Source: Dethiobacter sp. (GTDB lineage: Bacteria; Bacillota; Dethiobacteria; DTU022; UBA8154). Taken from it: a stretch of DNA of 64,000 bases. This document shows positions 31,151-40,876 of this stretch, one piece after another (the stretch's first letter is position 1; each line of letters opens with the position of its first letter). The stretch covers positions 12,485 through 76,484 of the forward strand of contig QZJM01000063.1 of assembly GCA_003605065.1 (NCBI GenBank), given 5' to 3'. Made by a program: the position numbers and the translations under genes. The notes beneath the pieces were generated by a model, which worked only from the letters and a program-made list of their open reading frames with translations, was not told the origin of the DNA and did not search any database.

Positions 31151-31245
31151 ATCTCCGGGCTATATTGATGAGTCTTAAGGACGATACTAACTGGAATTGT
31201 CATGGCAACCGTAATATCCTATTTCACCTGGGCTTAAATTAGCCG

Positions 31246-31742
31246 GTGCTCACTGCTATTTTTGGTGAAGGTTATTTTGCAGGGATAGAGGAGGTGTTTT
31301 CAAAAATATCAGGATTAGCCATAAATTCAACTCTGGTAATTCTTATTATCACATTTCTTTACAACTTATTTCTTCACATGCTGCTTACGCTTTTTCCTCT
31401 CTATATTGCATATCTGGGGCTAAGCCCCGCATTTCTGGGCTTTATTGTCTCACTTTCTGCTGTTATCCAGGTATTTTTTCGCTTGCCTGCCGGAATGGCT
31501 GTGGACAGGTGGGGGGAAAAGGCAGTACTTTTATTCAGTATTGTTTGTATGATCCTTTCAGCTGCTTATTGGTTTTTCGCGAGCCTTATATTGGCCTCCT
31601 TCGGAATCTTATGTCAGCAAAGGTTTTGGGTTTACCCTGGAACGCAGGTTGGGTTTTTTTAATCTGGCAGTAGGTACCGGTCTTATCCTGGGGCCGTTGC
31701 TGGCCGGCTTCTTACTTGGCCGCTTCTATTTGTGTCTTGTTT
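31246..31742 (+). pseudogene. MFS transporter gene fragment (frameshifted and truncated)
   Basis: MFS motif GMAVDRWGEK. Reading continues in another frame after a stop at 31662, and the total length is far short of 12 TM. Confidence 0.45.
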
Positions 31743-31802
31743 AACACCTGTTTTGTTTAAGACCAGCATAAAAGAAAAAATGGTTAAAAAGTAGATTTTG
31801 AA

Positions 31803-32507
31803 TTACAGGCAGTTATTACGATAGTTTCTTTTTACTTTCCGGACGAAGTAATTCCAAAAGTTTTTAATGTTTTGGGGATGATAAATCTGTTCTTTTTTAC
31901 GATAAACCTCTATTTCGGAAGTCCAGTGATACGCACCCAATAGCTCAGTATAAAACTGCATTTTAGCGGCCTTTTCCAGAAGAACTGCATAAATGGCGGC
32001 CTCTTCTACAGATTCACCCACTACTACTACCCCGTGATTGCGCATCAGCATGGCTTTTTGCCTACCCAGCTTTTCAGCGATTGCTTTTCCCTGCTCTGGT
32101 TTGACAATTAACTCCGTAGTTTCGGTAAAGACAGGCAGGTTTGTGAAAAGCACCCCTTCGTGGCTGACCGGACGCAATTTCCGGTCTGAAGCTGCTAAAG
32201 CTGTGCTGAAGGGCGGATGTGTGTGAATGACACAATTTATTTCAGGTCGAACCCTGCAAATTTCGGTATGAATGGGGTATTCGGAGTGGAGCCCCCTATG
32301 TCCTGCAATTTTTTTCCCATCAAGATTAATCATAATTATATCCCTGGCGGTTACTTCATCCAGGCCGATACCTTTTGGTTTCATATAAAGATATTCAGAG
32401 CCTTGCTCTCTGGCGGTCACATGTCCCAGAGTTATATCCCCGTGGCCCTCCAGGGAAAGGATGTTACAGGCCAGGGCTACTTTTCGGGCAAGCTGATAAT
32501 TTAACAT
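31803..32507 (-). CDS. class II aldolase/adducin-family protein (fuculose-phosphate aldolase / ribulose-5-P epimerase-like)
   Basis: 234 aa with HTH/H..H metal-binding region (IHTHPPFSTA). Confidence 0.7.
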   Translation of the reverse strand: MLNYQLARKVALACNILSLEGHGDITLGHVTAREQGSEYLYMKPKGIGLDEVTARDIIMINLDGKKIAGHRGLHSEYPIHTEICRVRPEINCVIHTHPPFSTALAASDRKLRPVSHEGVLFTNLPVFTETTELIVKPEQGKAIAEKLGRQKAMLMRNHGVVVVGESVEEAAIYAVLLEKAAKMQFYTELLGAYHWTSEIEVYRKKEQIYHPQNIKNFWNYFVRKVKRNYRNNCL

Positions 32508-32811
32508 AGCAAAACTTCTTTCTATATTTATTTTAAAACCAATTTTAGAATTGATAGGAAACTTCCCAAAATAAATGCTTGGCGCTGTAATTTATTTTAC
32601 CACGTAAGTGCTACTATTTTAAGAGTAAAATAACGGATTTTTTGAGTGAAATACAATTTAATATTGAACCCAAAAAGGTAGAAAAACCTTCTAAAGTAGC
32701 ACAACAATAAGTGGCTTATAACTTTTACTGTTCAAATATTAGCAGTAAGGCAATAATTTCGAAATATAGAACTTTCACAAGTAAAATTCCTTTATTCTCC
32801 TCTAAATACCT

Positions 32812-32839
32812 TTCAATATCTCCTAATTTCTGGTATAAT
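32812..32839 (+). promoter_or_regulatory. candidate sigma-A promoter TTCAAT-16-TGgTATAAT (extended -10)
   Basis: TTCAAT at 32812..32817 and TATAAT at 32834..32839 with upstream TG. Confidence 0.35.
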
Positions 32840-33088
32840 TAACTTATGGTACATATTATCATTTATGCCAGAAAGGAGGTTCGCCTTAGATGTTTAAGAA
32901 AAAATCTACCCATAAGCAGATGAATATTATGGATCCTTAACTCAGCTTTCCAAAGTATATCAAAGAGCAAAAAGGGGCACTCAGTATCAGGAAGCTTCCC
33001 ATGTTCAGCGAGCATGGCGCTACCGGCGTGAAGTGGGTTTGATCTGAAAAGTTGAGACAGAGAAAATATCCAGCCAAATTGGGGGTTT

Positions 33089-34087
33089 ATGAAAATGAGT
33101 AGAGTTTCAATTACACTTGCTTGTGAGGCTTACGACCGTGTTCGTGGATTGATAGATGGCACTGTAGATGTTGAAGGGGTTGATTTGAACTTTATCCCCT
33201 TGGGAGTTGAAGAAATTTTTTGGCGGCAGATAAAACACCATGAATTCGATGCTTCGGAGTGTTCCTTGTCTTCCTATACCATGTTGCGTTCAAAAGGTGA
33301 TGAAACATTCATTGCCATTCCGGTATTCACATCCAGAGCTTTTCGCCATGCCAGTATTTTTATTAATATCAGAAAAGGCATATCAACTCCCGGGGATTTG
33401 AAAGGGAAAGTGGTAGGAGTTCCCGAATATCAAATGACTGCAGCGGTTTGGGAACGGGGAATACTGGCTGATGAATACGGTGTAAACCCGCATGAGATAT
33501 CCTGGCGTTCAGGTGGGGAGGAAAATCCGGGAAGGGAAGAAAAGGTCAAACTCGATCTGCCCTCAAATGTGCACTACGAGCCTATCCCTGCTGATAAAAC
33601 TTTGTCTCAAATGCTGGACAATGGTGAAATTGACGCACTCTTTACTGCACGTGCTCCATCATGTTATTCAAAAAACTCTCCCAATGTAGCCAGGTTATTT
33701 GAGAATTATCGTGAAGTTGAGGAAGAGTATTATAAAAAAACCGGTATCTTTCCCATCATGCATGTAATTGTAATAAAAAGGGAGATATATAAACATAACC
33801 CGTGGATAGCAATGAGCCTGTACAAAGCTTTTTCTGAAGCAAAAAAAATAGCGCTTAAGAGTTACTCCAAGACAGAGGCCTTGGGAATAACTCTCCCATG
33901 GGTCATACATGAAGTGGACGAGACAAGGAAGGTTATGGGAGACGACTGGTGGTCCTATGGAATTGCCAAAAACCATAAAACACTGGAGACGTTTCTGTGT
34001 TACCACTATGAACAGGGGCTTTCGGCTGAAAAAATGACTGTTAAAGATTTATTTGCTGTAGAAACATTCGATGAATTTAAGATCTGA
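33089..34087 (+). CDS. NMT1/THI5-like (SsuA-fold) domain protein; the family includes 4,5-dihydroxyphthalate decarboxylase-like enzymes
   Basis: 332 aa with no signal peptide. The family assignment comes from overall sequence character and is uncertain. Confidence 0.45.
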   Translation: MKMSRVSITLACEAYDRVRGLIDGTVDVEGVDLNFIPLGVEEIFWRQIKHHEFDASECSLSSYTMLRSKGDETFIAIPVFTSRAFRHASIFINIRKGISTPGDLKGKVVGVPEYQMTAAVWERGILADEYGVNPHEISWRSGGEENPGREEKVKLDLPSNVHYEPIPADKTLSQMLDNGEIDALFTARAPSCYSKNSPNVARLFENYREVEEEYYKKTGIFPIMHVIVIKREIYKHNPWIAMSLYKAFSEAKKIALKSYSKTEALGITLPWVIHEVDETRKVMGDDWWSYGIAKNHKTLETFLCYHYEQGLSAEKMTVKDLFAVETFDEFKI

Positions 34088-34295
34088 TCTAAAAGTTACC
34101 GATTTTTGAACCTACTTCTTTACTTTTTTAAAGGTCAGATTAGGCCTATTTTATTTGACGCAATTCCTGTTAATTTAATCTAGTTGCCATTTTTCTTGTT
34201 AAAAGGTTATAATCAAATAGGTTTTAGAAATTTTAGAGTACAGCTTCCAAATTAAAAGTGGGAAATTTTTTTGTTTAGCTTATTTAGGAGGTTTT

Positions 34296-34529
34296 TTGTT
34301 GAATCGAATCGAAATCAGGGACGAAAGCTGTAAGGGCTGTCAATATTGCGTCATTTTTTGCCCCAGGGAGCTGGTCCAGATTGATAAGGGCAGGATAAAT
34401 GCCCTGGGCTATAACCCGGCAAGGTTTGTCGACAACCCTGACAGGCCCTGCCGGGGATGCGCTCTTTGTGCCGAGATATGCCCCGATGCACTGATCGAAG
34501 TTTACCGGAAAGAAAAAGGGAGAAGTTGA
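34296..34529 (+). CDS. 4Fe-4S ferredoxin-type delta subunit of 2-oxoacid:ferredoxin oxidoreductase
   Basis: Two CxxCxxCxxxCP motifs in 77 aa. Immediately precedes the alpha subunit. Confidence 0.7.
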   Translation: MLNRIEIRDESCKGCQYCVIFCPRELVQIDKGRINALGYNPARFVDNPDRPCRGCALCAEICPDALIEVYRKEKGRS

Positions 34530-34536
34530 AAAGAAT

Positions 34537-35622
34537 ATGTCCGAACGCAAAATACTCAGGGGATGTGTTGCTCTCGCCGAAGGAGCCATAGCTGCCGGGT
34601 GCCGCTTTTATTTCGGTTACCCCATCACTCCCCAGAATGATATTCCTGAATATCTTTCAGCCAGGCTTCCCCAGGTCGAAGGGGTCTTTATCCAGGCAGA
34701 AAGCGAGATAGCTTCCATTAATATGCTGTTGGGGGCAGCAGCCGCAGGAGCCAGGGCCATGACTTCTTCTTCGGGCCCGGGAATTTCTCTCATGCAGGAA
34801 GGTCTTTCCTATATGGCCGGATCAGAGCTGCCCGGGCTGGTAGTAAACATAACCAGGATTGGCCCCGGGCTGGGTGGGATTGCCGCCTCCCAGGGTGATT
34901 ACCGGCAGGCTACCAGGGGCGGCGGTCATGGTGACTATCATTTAATTGTCCTTGCTCCCAACTCGGTGCAGGAAATGTACGATTTGACCATAAAAGCATT
35001 TTACCTGGCTGACAAGTACCGCAACCCGGCCATGATCCTCTCAGATGCCATCCTGGGGCAGATGAAAGAACCTCTTTCCCTGGACCCACCCCCTCTTGTT
35101 CTCCCGGAAAAGCCGTGGGCCCTTACTGGGGCCAGGGGGAGAAAAGCGCAGCTAATCAAGTCACTGTACCTGGCAGATGGAGAAATGGAGCAACACAACT
35201 GGCATTTGCACGAAAAATACCGGCGCCTGGAAAGGGAAGAGGTGCTGGTGGAAACGGACCTGGAGGAGAAGATGGAGGTCTTGCTGGTGGCTTTCGGCTC
35301 CTGTTCCCGGATGGTTCATTCCGCAGTGGAGCTGGCCCGTTCCCGGGGGATCAGGGTGGGATTTCTCCGCCCTGTTACCGTTTACCCCTTTCCTCGCCAG
35401 GCACTCAGAGAGGTTTCCAGGGAAGTGGGAAAAGTGCTGGTCGTGGAGATGAATACCGGCCAGATGTGGGACGATGTGCGTTTGTCCCTGTACCCGGGAT
35501 GCCGGGCCGGGCTTTTGGCCCGCCCCGGTGGAGGCATACCTGCTCCCGGGCAAATACTGGCAGAAATTGAGAACTTAGTAAAGGCAGGGGATGGCATTGA
35601 CGAAAGTGTTTACCAGGCCTGA
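34537..35622 (+). CDS. 2-oxoacid:ferredoxin oxidoreductase alpha subunit
   Basis: 361 aa of the KorA/VorA/PorA type. Confidence 0.85.
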   Translation: MSERKILRGCVALAEGAIAAGCRFYFGYPITPQNDIPEYLSARLPQVEGVFIQAESEIASINMLLGAAAAGARAMTSSSGPGISLMQEGLSYMAGSELPGLVVNITRIGPGLGGIAASQGDYRQATRGGGHGDYHLIVLAPNSVQEMYDLTIKAFYLADKYRNPAMILSDAILGQMKEPLSLDPPPLVLPEKPWALTGARGRKAQLIKSLYLADGEMEQHNWHLHEKYRRLEREEVLVETDLEEKMEVLLVAFGSCSRMVHSAVELARSRGIRVGFLRPVTVYPFPRQALREVSREVGKVLVVEMNTGQMWDDVRLSLYPGCRAGLLARPGGGIPAPGQILAEIENLVKAGDGIDESVYQA

Positions 35623-36340
35623 TTCTTTGCGGGATCTGGATTTTCATTTCTGTCCCGGCTGCCATCATGGTACTGCCCATCGTTTGATTTGTGAAGCCAT
35701 CGATTACCATGGAATTAAGAAGAAGACCATCGGGATACCGGGGGTAGGGTGTGGTGTTTTTCTGTACAACTACTTTGATCTGGATGTGTGCGAGGCGCCT
35801 CACGGCAGGGCGCCTGCCGTAGCCACGGGGTTTAAAAGGGTTCTTCCGCAAAATATTATCTTTACTTACCAGGGAGATGGGGACCTGGGCTCCATCGGCA
35901 TGTCGGAAATAATCCACACGGCCAACAGGGGTGAAAACATCACCGTTTTTTTTATTAACAACAGCGTTTACGGTATGACCGGAGGGCAGATGGCACCAAC
36001 CACGCTGCCGGGCCAGAAAACAACTACAACTCCCTATGGCAGGGATTTTCGCACAGAAGGTTATCCTATCCGCATGACGGAAATGCTCGCCCCCCTGGAA
36101 GGAGTGGCTTTTGCCGCCAGGGTTTCTCTCCATACACCCTCCCAGGTCAAAAAAGCAAGGAAAGCGGTCTTGAGGGCTTTGGATATACAGTTAAAAAATG
36201 GGGGCTTTTCTTTCGTGGAATTCCTTTGTGCATGCCCGACCAACTGGGGGCTTTCTCCCCGGCAGTGCATCGAAAAGATCGATAAGGAGATGCTTCAAGC
36301 CTTTCCTTTGGGTACCTATAAAGACAGGCAGGGTTCCTGA
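35591..36340 (+). CDS. 2-oxoacid:ferredoxin oxidoreductase beta subunit (TPP-binding)
   Basis: FCPGCHHG motif. Overlaps the alpha gene end by 32 nt. Confidence 0.85.
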   Translation: MALTKVFTRPDSLRDLDFHFCPGCHHGTAHRLICEAIDYHGIKKKTIGIPGVGCGVFLYNYFDLDVCEAPHGRAPAVATGFKRVLPQNIIFTYQGDGDLGSIGMSEIIHTANRGENITVFFINNSVYGMTGGQMAPTTLPGQKTTTTPYGRDFRTEGYPIRMTEMLAPLEGVAFAARVSLHTPSQVKKARKAVLRALDIQLKNGGFSFVEFLCACPTNWGLSPRQCIEKIDKEMLQAFPLGTYKDRQGS

Positions 36341-36363
36341 TCCTTAGGTAAAGAGGTGGAAAA

Positions 36364-36927
36364 GTGTATTATGATGTCATTTTCTCAGGGTTCGGCGGCC
36401 AGGGTGTTTTGCTTATAGGCGATATTCTGGCCCAGGCGGCAATGCTGGAGAACAGGCATGTAACCTGGATGCCATCGTACGGGGTGGAGATACGGGGCGG
36501 TGCAGCGAGCTGTACGGTGGTTATTTCCTCGCAAAAAATCGGCTCTCCGATTACGGAGGAGCCCTGCGGGTTACTGGCCATGAGCAAGCCCGCTCTCTTA
36601 AAATTTCAGCATAAAGTTAAAAAGGGGGGGCTTCTGGTTGTTAACACCTCTTTTGTGGAACCGGAAATGATAACCAGGGAAGATGTGATAAAGATCTGCC
36701 TCCCCGCCAGCGAAATCTCCTACCGGGAAACAGGAGATTATAAAATGGCCAATGCTGTTCTCCTCGGCGCTTTTGTATCTTTGAGCCGTGTCGTAACGCT
36801 GCAGGGGATGGAAGAAGCCTTGGGTGTTTTTTTTAAAGAAGAAAAGCAAAAGCTCTTGCCGTTAATGATCAAGGCCCTGCAATACGGTAGTGAGTTTGTA
36901 TGTGCCGGGATGAACGGGGACGGTTAA
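36364..36927 (+). CDS. 2-oxoacid:ferredoxin oxidoreductase gamma subunit
   Basis: GFGGQGV motif, 187 aa. Confidence 0.8.
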   Translation: MYYDVIFSGFGGQGVLLIGDILAQAAMLENRHVTWMPSYGVEIRGGAASCTVVISSQKIGSPITEEPCGLLAMSKPALLKFQHKVKKGGLLVVNTSFVEPEMITREDVIKICLPASEISYRETGDYKMANAVLLGAFVSLSRVVTLQGMEEALGVFFKEEKQKLLPLMIKALQYGSEFVCAGMNGDG

Positions 36928-37064
36928 GGGCGTATTTCAATGCGCTCCACTTTATCTTTCACTGGCAAGCCTGGGGCCTGGGGCCCTCTTAATTGACAAA
37001 AAGAAGAGATTGTTGTAACTTTAAAGATGGACTTATTACTTTTTAGGGAGGGAAAGGAGAAAAA

Positions 37065-37232
37065 ATGGAAGAGGTTAAAAAAAAGTTGCTGGAAACAGCA
37101 GCAAAAGGTAAGATGCCCTGCGTTATGGCCTTTAAGATTGCCAGGGAATGCAATTGTTCTGTTGCCGAGGTGGGAGAGCTCTGTAATGAGTTAAAAATCA
37201 AGATAGTAAGCTGCCAGCTTGGTTGTTTCTAG
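37065..37232 (+). CDS. small Cys-rich hypothetical protein (55 aa), not in the ORF track
   Basis: ATG preceded by GGAAAGGAG RBS. Five Cys (C..CNC..C..C). Located directly upstream of moeA. Confidence 0.3.
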   Translation: MEEVKKKLLETAAKGKMPCVMAFKIARECNCSVAEVGELCNELKIKIVSCQLGCF

Positions 37233-37260
37233 TGTTAAAGGGGATTAGATTATATCTTAA

Positions 37261-38517
37261 GTGGAGTCGATTGATTTGCTTACAGTTCTAACTGTTAAAG
37301 AGGCCCAGCAGCGCATCCTTAGTTCCTTAAACGGCAAACGGACAGATATGGAAATCGTTCCTGCCATGAATCTGCTGGGGCGTGTTGCCGTTGAGGAAAT
37401 TGTGGCAACGGAAATGGTTCCGTCTTTTGCCCGGTCTACCATGGACGGTTTTGCTGTCCGCAGTACCGATACCTTTGGGGCATCGGAAAGTATTCCTGCT
37501 CTGCTCACATTAAAAGGCAATATCCTCATGGGGAAAGAGCCCCCGGGAAACCTGGAGCCCGGTGAAGCAATGGCTATCCCTACGGGAGGCATGCTCCCCC
37601 CGGGCAGCGATAGCGTTGTAATGGTAGAATACAGCGAAGTACTGGGAAACCAGGTGGCTGTCTATCGTCCTGCTGCCCCCCTGGAAAACATTATCCGTAT
37701 TGGAGATGATTTTCAACAAGGGGATACTGTGATACCTGCGGGTCATGTCATACGTTCACAGGATATCGGAATTTTATCAGCCCTGGGCCATCTGCAATTA
37801 AAAGTGTATGCCAGACCCAGGGTGAGTATTTTTTCCACCGGGGATGAAATTATTTCTCCGGCGGAACAACCGAAACCCGGCCAGATCAGGGATATCAACG
37901 GCTTTGCCCTTTCGGCCCAGGTGCTGGAAGGCGGGGGAGATCCGCAGTACCGGGGAATTATCGCCGATGAAAAGGAAGAACTGAGAAGCGGCCTGCTTGC
38001 TTCTTTTGATGATGCCGATATTATCATTATCTCCGGGGGGAGCTCCGTAGGGACCAGGGATGTTGCTGTAAAGGTAATTGATGAGCTTCCCGGAGGCGGG
38101 GTGCTTTTTCACGGGGTTTCCATGAGGCCGGGGAAACCCGTTATTTACGGGATTAGCGGGGGTAAACCAATTTTTGGTCTTTCGGGGAATCCTGTTTCTG
38201 CCATGTTCAGCTTTATTTTATTTGTCAGGCCTGTCTTGCGCCTGATACAGGGTCTGCCTGCCTTTCCGGCTTTTGTTCCTTACGTGGAGGCCTGTTTGGA
38301 AACTAACTTATCTTCTCCCGGAGGCAGGGAAGATTATGTAAGGGTAATGCTTTCCGGGGAAGAATCCTCTGGAAAAGAAATACTGCTCCGGGCCAGGCCT
38401 GTCTTCGGTGGGCCGGGCCTGCTGAGTACCATGGTCAAAGGAGACGGTTACTTTGTTATCCCCCGTGATCAGGAAGGCATCCCGGAAGGAAGTAAGGTTA
38501 AAGTATTTCTTTTTTGA
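37261..38517 (+). CDS. moeA: molybdopterin molybdenumtransferase
   Basis: 418 aa. MoeA N-terminal domain, MoCF-binding domain (GGSSVG) and C-terminal domain. Confidence 0.85.
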   Translation: MESIDLLTVLTVKEAQQRILSSLNGKRTDMEIVPAMNLLGRVAVEEIVATEMVPSFARSTMDGFAVRSTDTFGASESIPALLTLKGNILMGKEPPGNLEPGEAMAIPTGGMLPPGSDSVVMVEYSEVLGNQVAVYRPAAPLENIIRIGDDFQQGDTVIPAGHVIRSQDIGILSALGHLQLKVYARPRVSIFSTGDEIISPAEQPKPGQIRDINGFALSAQVLEGGGDPQYRGIIADEKEELRSGLLASFDDADIIIISGGSSVGTRDVAVKVIDELPGGGVLFHGVSMRPGKPVIYGISGGKPIFGLSGNPVSAMFSFILFVRPVLRLIQGLPAFPAFVPYVEACLETNLSSPGGREDYVRVMLSGEESSGKEILLRARPVFGGPGLLSTMVKGDGYFVIPRDQEGIPEGSKVKVFLF

Positions 38518-38561
38518 TTTAGATAAGGGCTCCAGGTTTATGTGATACAGGAGGTACGCTT

Positions 38562-40487
38562 GTGGAAAGAAAAATTTACCTAAGTAATATTTCGCTGTCC
38601 AAAGCCCGGGAAATTTTTTGGGAAGCAGCCCTGAAAAGAGAGCTGGGAACGGAAGAGATTATAACTACTGAAGCTGCGGGGAGGGTAACTGCCGAGCCTG
38701 TTTTTGCCCGCCTCTCATCACCCCATTATCACGCTGCGGCTATGGATGGTGTTGCTGTTAAAGCCGCTGATACTTTTGGCGCGGCTGCCACCTCTCCCCG
38801 GAGACTTTGCCTGGAAAAGGATGCTTTTTACGTGGACACCGGGGGGCTGCTGCCGCACGGCTGCGATGCCGTGATTATGATTGAAGATGTCTTTTTCCCG
38901 GATAAAGAGAATAGCCGTGCCATAGAAATAAGAGAGCCGGCTACTCCCTGGCAGCATGTCCGTTCTATCGGGGAAGATATTGTAGCCACGGAAATGATCC
39001 TGCCCTCCTTTCATCACATCAGATCTTTTGATATTGGAGCTTTGTTAAACGGCGGGGTATTTACGCTTAAAGTTTTTAAAAAACCGCTGGTTGCTTTAAT
39101 ACCGACAGGTTCAGAGCTGATAGATCCTGTACGTTTACCCGAACCGGGAAAAATTTTGGAATCCAATTCATATACATTTTCCGCTGCCGTTCGGAACTGG
39201 GGCGCTGAAGCCGTCAGGTTTCCCATCGTTAAAGACGATCTGCAGGAGCTGGAGGCAGCCCTTTCCAAGGCTGCAGGAGAAAGCGATTTGCTGTTAATAA
39301 GCGCCGGCTCTTCCGCGGGCCGCAAGGATTATACTTTCAATATACTGAACAAACTGGGCGAGGTGCTTGTCCACGGGGTAGCCATGAGACCTGGAAAACC
39401 GGTTATCCTGGCCATGATTGGTTCAACTCCGGTAGTAGGCCTTCCCGGTTATCCCGTTGCTGCCTATATGGCGCTGGAGCTTTTTGTGATGCCCCTGTTG
39501 TATTACTGGCAGAAGCAAAATCCGCCTCAACGTCAACTTCTGGAGGCGTACAGCTCCCGGCGTGTCCTTTCTTCTTTAAAAGAAGAGGAGTTTTTACGCT
39601 TAAAAGTGGGAAAAGTAAATGATCATTTTGTAGCTACCCCTCTGCCCCGGGGCTCGGGCGTGAGTATGTCCCTGGTGCGGGCCGACGGGGTAACTTCAAT
39701 TCCCCAGGATAAAGAAGGTATCGAGACCGGGGAAGCTGTTTCCGTAGAGCTGTGGCGCTCTGCCGCGGAAATCGAAAACACCATTGTTTGCCTGGGAAGC
39801 CACGACTTGAGCCTGGATATCCTGAATGATCACCTGCAAAAGCAGGGTCTTGGATATACCCTTTCTTCTGCACACGTAGGCAGTATGGGGGGTATAATGG
39901 CCCTAAAACGGGGAGAGACTCACCTGGCCGGCCTGCATTTGCTTGACCCGGACAGCGGACTTTATAATATACCATATGTACAGCGTTATTTGCCCGAAAC
40001 GGAAATCGTTCTGGTCCACCTGGCCAAAAGAGAACTGGGCCTTATGGTAGCATCTGGCAACCCCCTTAAAATTGCCGGTTTAGAAGATCTGGGCAGGAGC
40101 GATGTTGTCTTTGTCAACCGGCAAAAAGGTGCCGGGACACGTATATTTCTTGATTTCATGCTCAGGAAAAAGGGGATTGACCCCGTGAGTATCAGCGGCT
40201 ATGAACGGGAAGAATACAATCACCTTTCTGTTGCTGCCGCTGTAGCCGCAGGCGGAGCTCACGCGGGCCTGGGAATTCGGGCTGCTGCAGGAGCCCTTGG
40301 CGTGGATTTCATTCCGCTGGCTCAAGAGTCCTATGATCTGGCCATTCCTTTGTTTTTCTATAATTCCGCCAAATGCCGGGCTCTTTTGGAGGTGATCAGT
40401 TCTCCTGCTTTCCGGGAAGCAGTGGAGAAAATGGGAGGCTATGATTTACAGCAGAGTGGGGAGGTTGCCTGGCGCTCCAAGCAGTAG
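38562..40487 (+). CDS. moeA: MoeA paralog fused to a C-terminal periplasmic-binding-protein-like (molybdate/tungstate-binding type) domain
   Basis: 641 aa. The first ~400 aa are MoeA-like. The C-terminal ~230 aa are PBP-like (GSHDLSLDIL..). Confidence 0.75.
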   Translation: MERKIYLSNISLSKAREIFWEAALKRELGTEEIITTEAAGRVTAEPVFARLSSPHYHAAAMDGVAVKAADTFGAAATSPRRLCLEKDAFYVDTGGLLPHGCDAVIMIEDVFFPDKENSRAIEIREPATPWQHVRSIGEDIVATEMILPSFHHIRSFDIGALLNGGVFTLKVFKKPLVALIPTGSELIDPVRLPEPGKILESNSYTFSAAVRNWGAEAVRFPIVKDDLQELEAALSKAAGESDLLLISAGSSAGRKDYTFNILNKLGEVLVHGVAMRPGKPVILAMIGSTPVVGLPGYPVAAYMALELFVMPLLYYWQKQNPPQRQLLEAYSSRRVLSSLKEEEFLRLKVGKVNDHFVATPLPRGSGVSMSLVRADGVTSIPQDKEGIETGEAVSVELWRSAAEIENTIVCLGSHDLSLDILNDHLQKQGLGYTLSSAHVGSMGGIMALKRGETHLAGLHLLDPDSGLYNIPYVQRYLPETEIVLVHLAKRELGLMVASGNPLKIAGLEDLGRSDVVFVNRQKGAGTRIFLDFMLRKKGIDPVSISGYEREEYNHLSVAAAVAAGGAHAGLGIRAAAGALGVDFIPLAQESYDLAIPLFFYNSAKCRALLEVISSPAFREAVEKMGGYDLQQSGEVAWRSKQ

Positions 40488-40639
40488 TTTATAGTGCAAC
40501 CGGGATGATGGCGGAAAAAATTTACCTGAATATACAAACCGCCATGATCCAGCTGGTCACAACAGCGGATGAAAATGCAAGTAACAAGTAGTAAGATTTA
40601 GCCTTCTCTATTCCCGACCTCCAAATGGGGGGCAGCGCT

Positions 40640-40800
40640 GCAGGTAGAGTAAATTGTTTAAGTGGCTAAAAGCTCCTGGTGAAGCGAAGGCTGAAGGCGG
40701 ACCGGATGGCATGGATGCCAGCCGCCGAAAGGCGACTATGGATGGGAGTTCTGGAGGGGAGACCAGCCGGAGGCCTGAGATGAACCATGGAGCTTTCCAC
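40640..40800 (+). promoter_or_regulatory. candidate Moco (molybdenum cofactor) riboswitch in the GC-rich leader of mog/moaB
   Basis: Structured GC-rich leader (GCCGCCGAAAGGCGAC.., GGAGGGGAG near the 3' end) upstream of a Moco gene, the genomic context in which Moco RNA motifs occur. I cannot align it to the consensus here. Confidence 0.3.
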
Positions 40801-40876
40801 GAAAACACCTGAACGATACCTGTACGCTGACACACATTTTTATAATAGAGATTTTGACAAAAAGAGGTGGATACTT

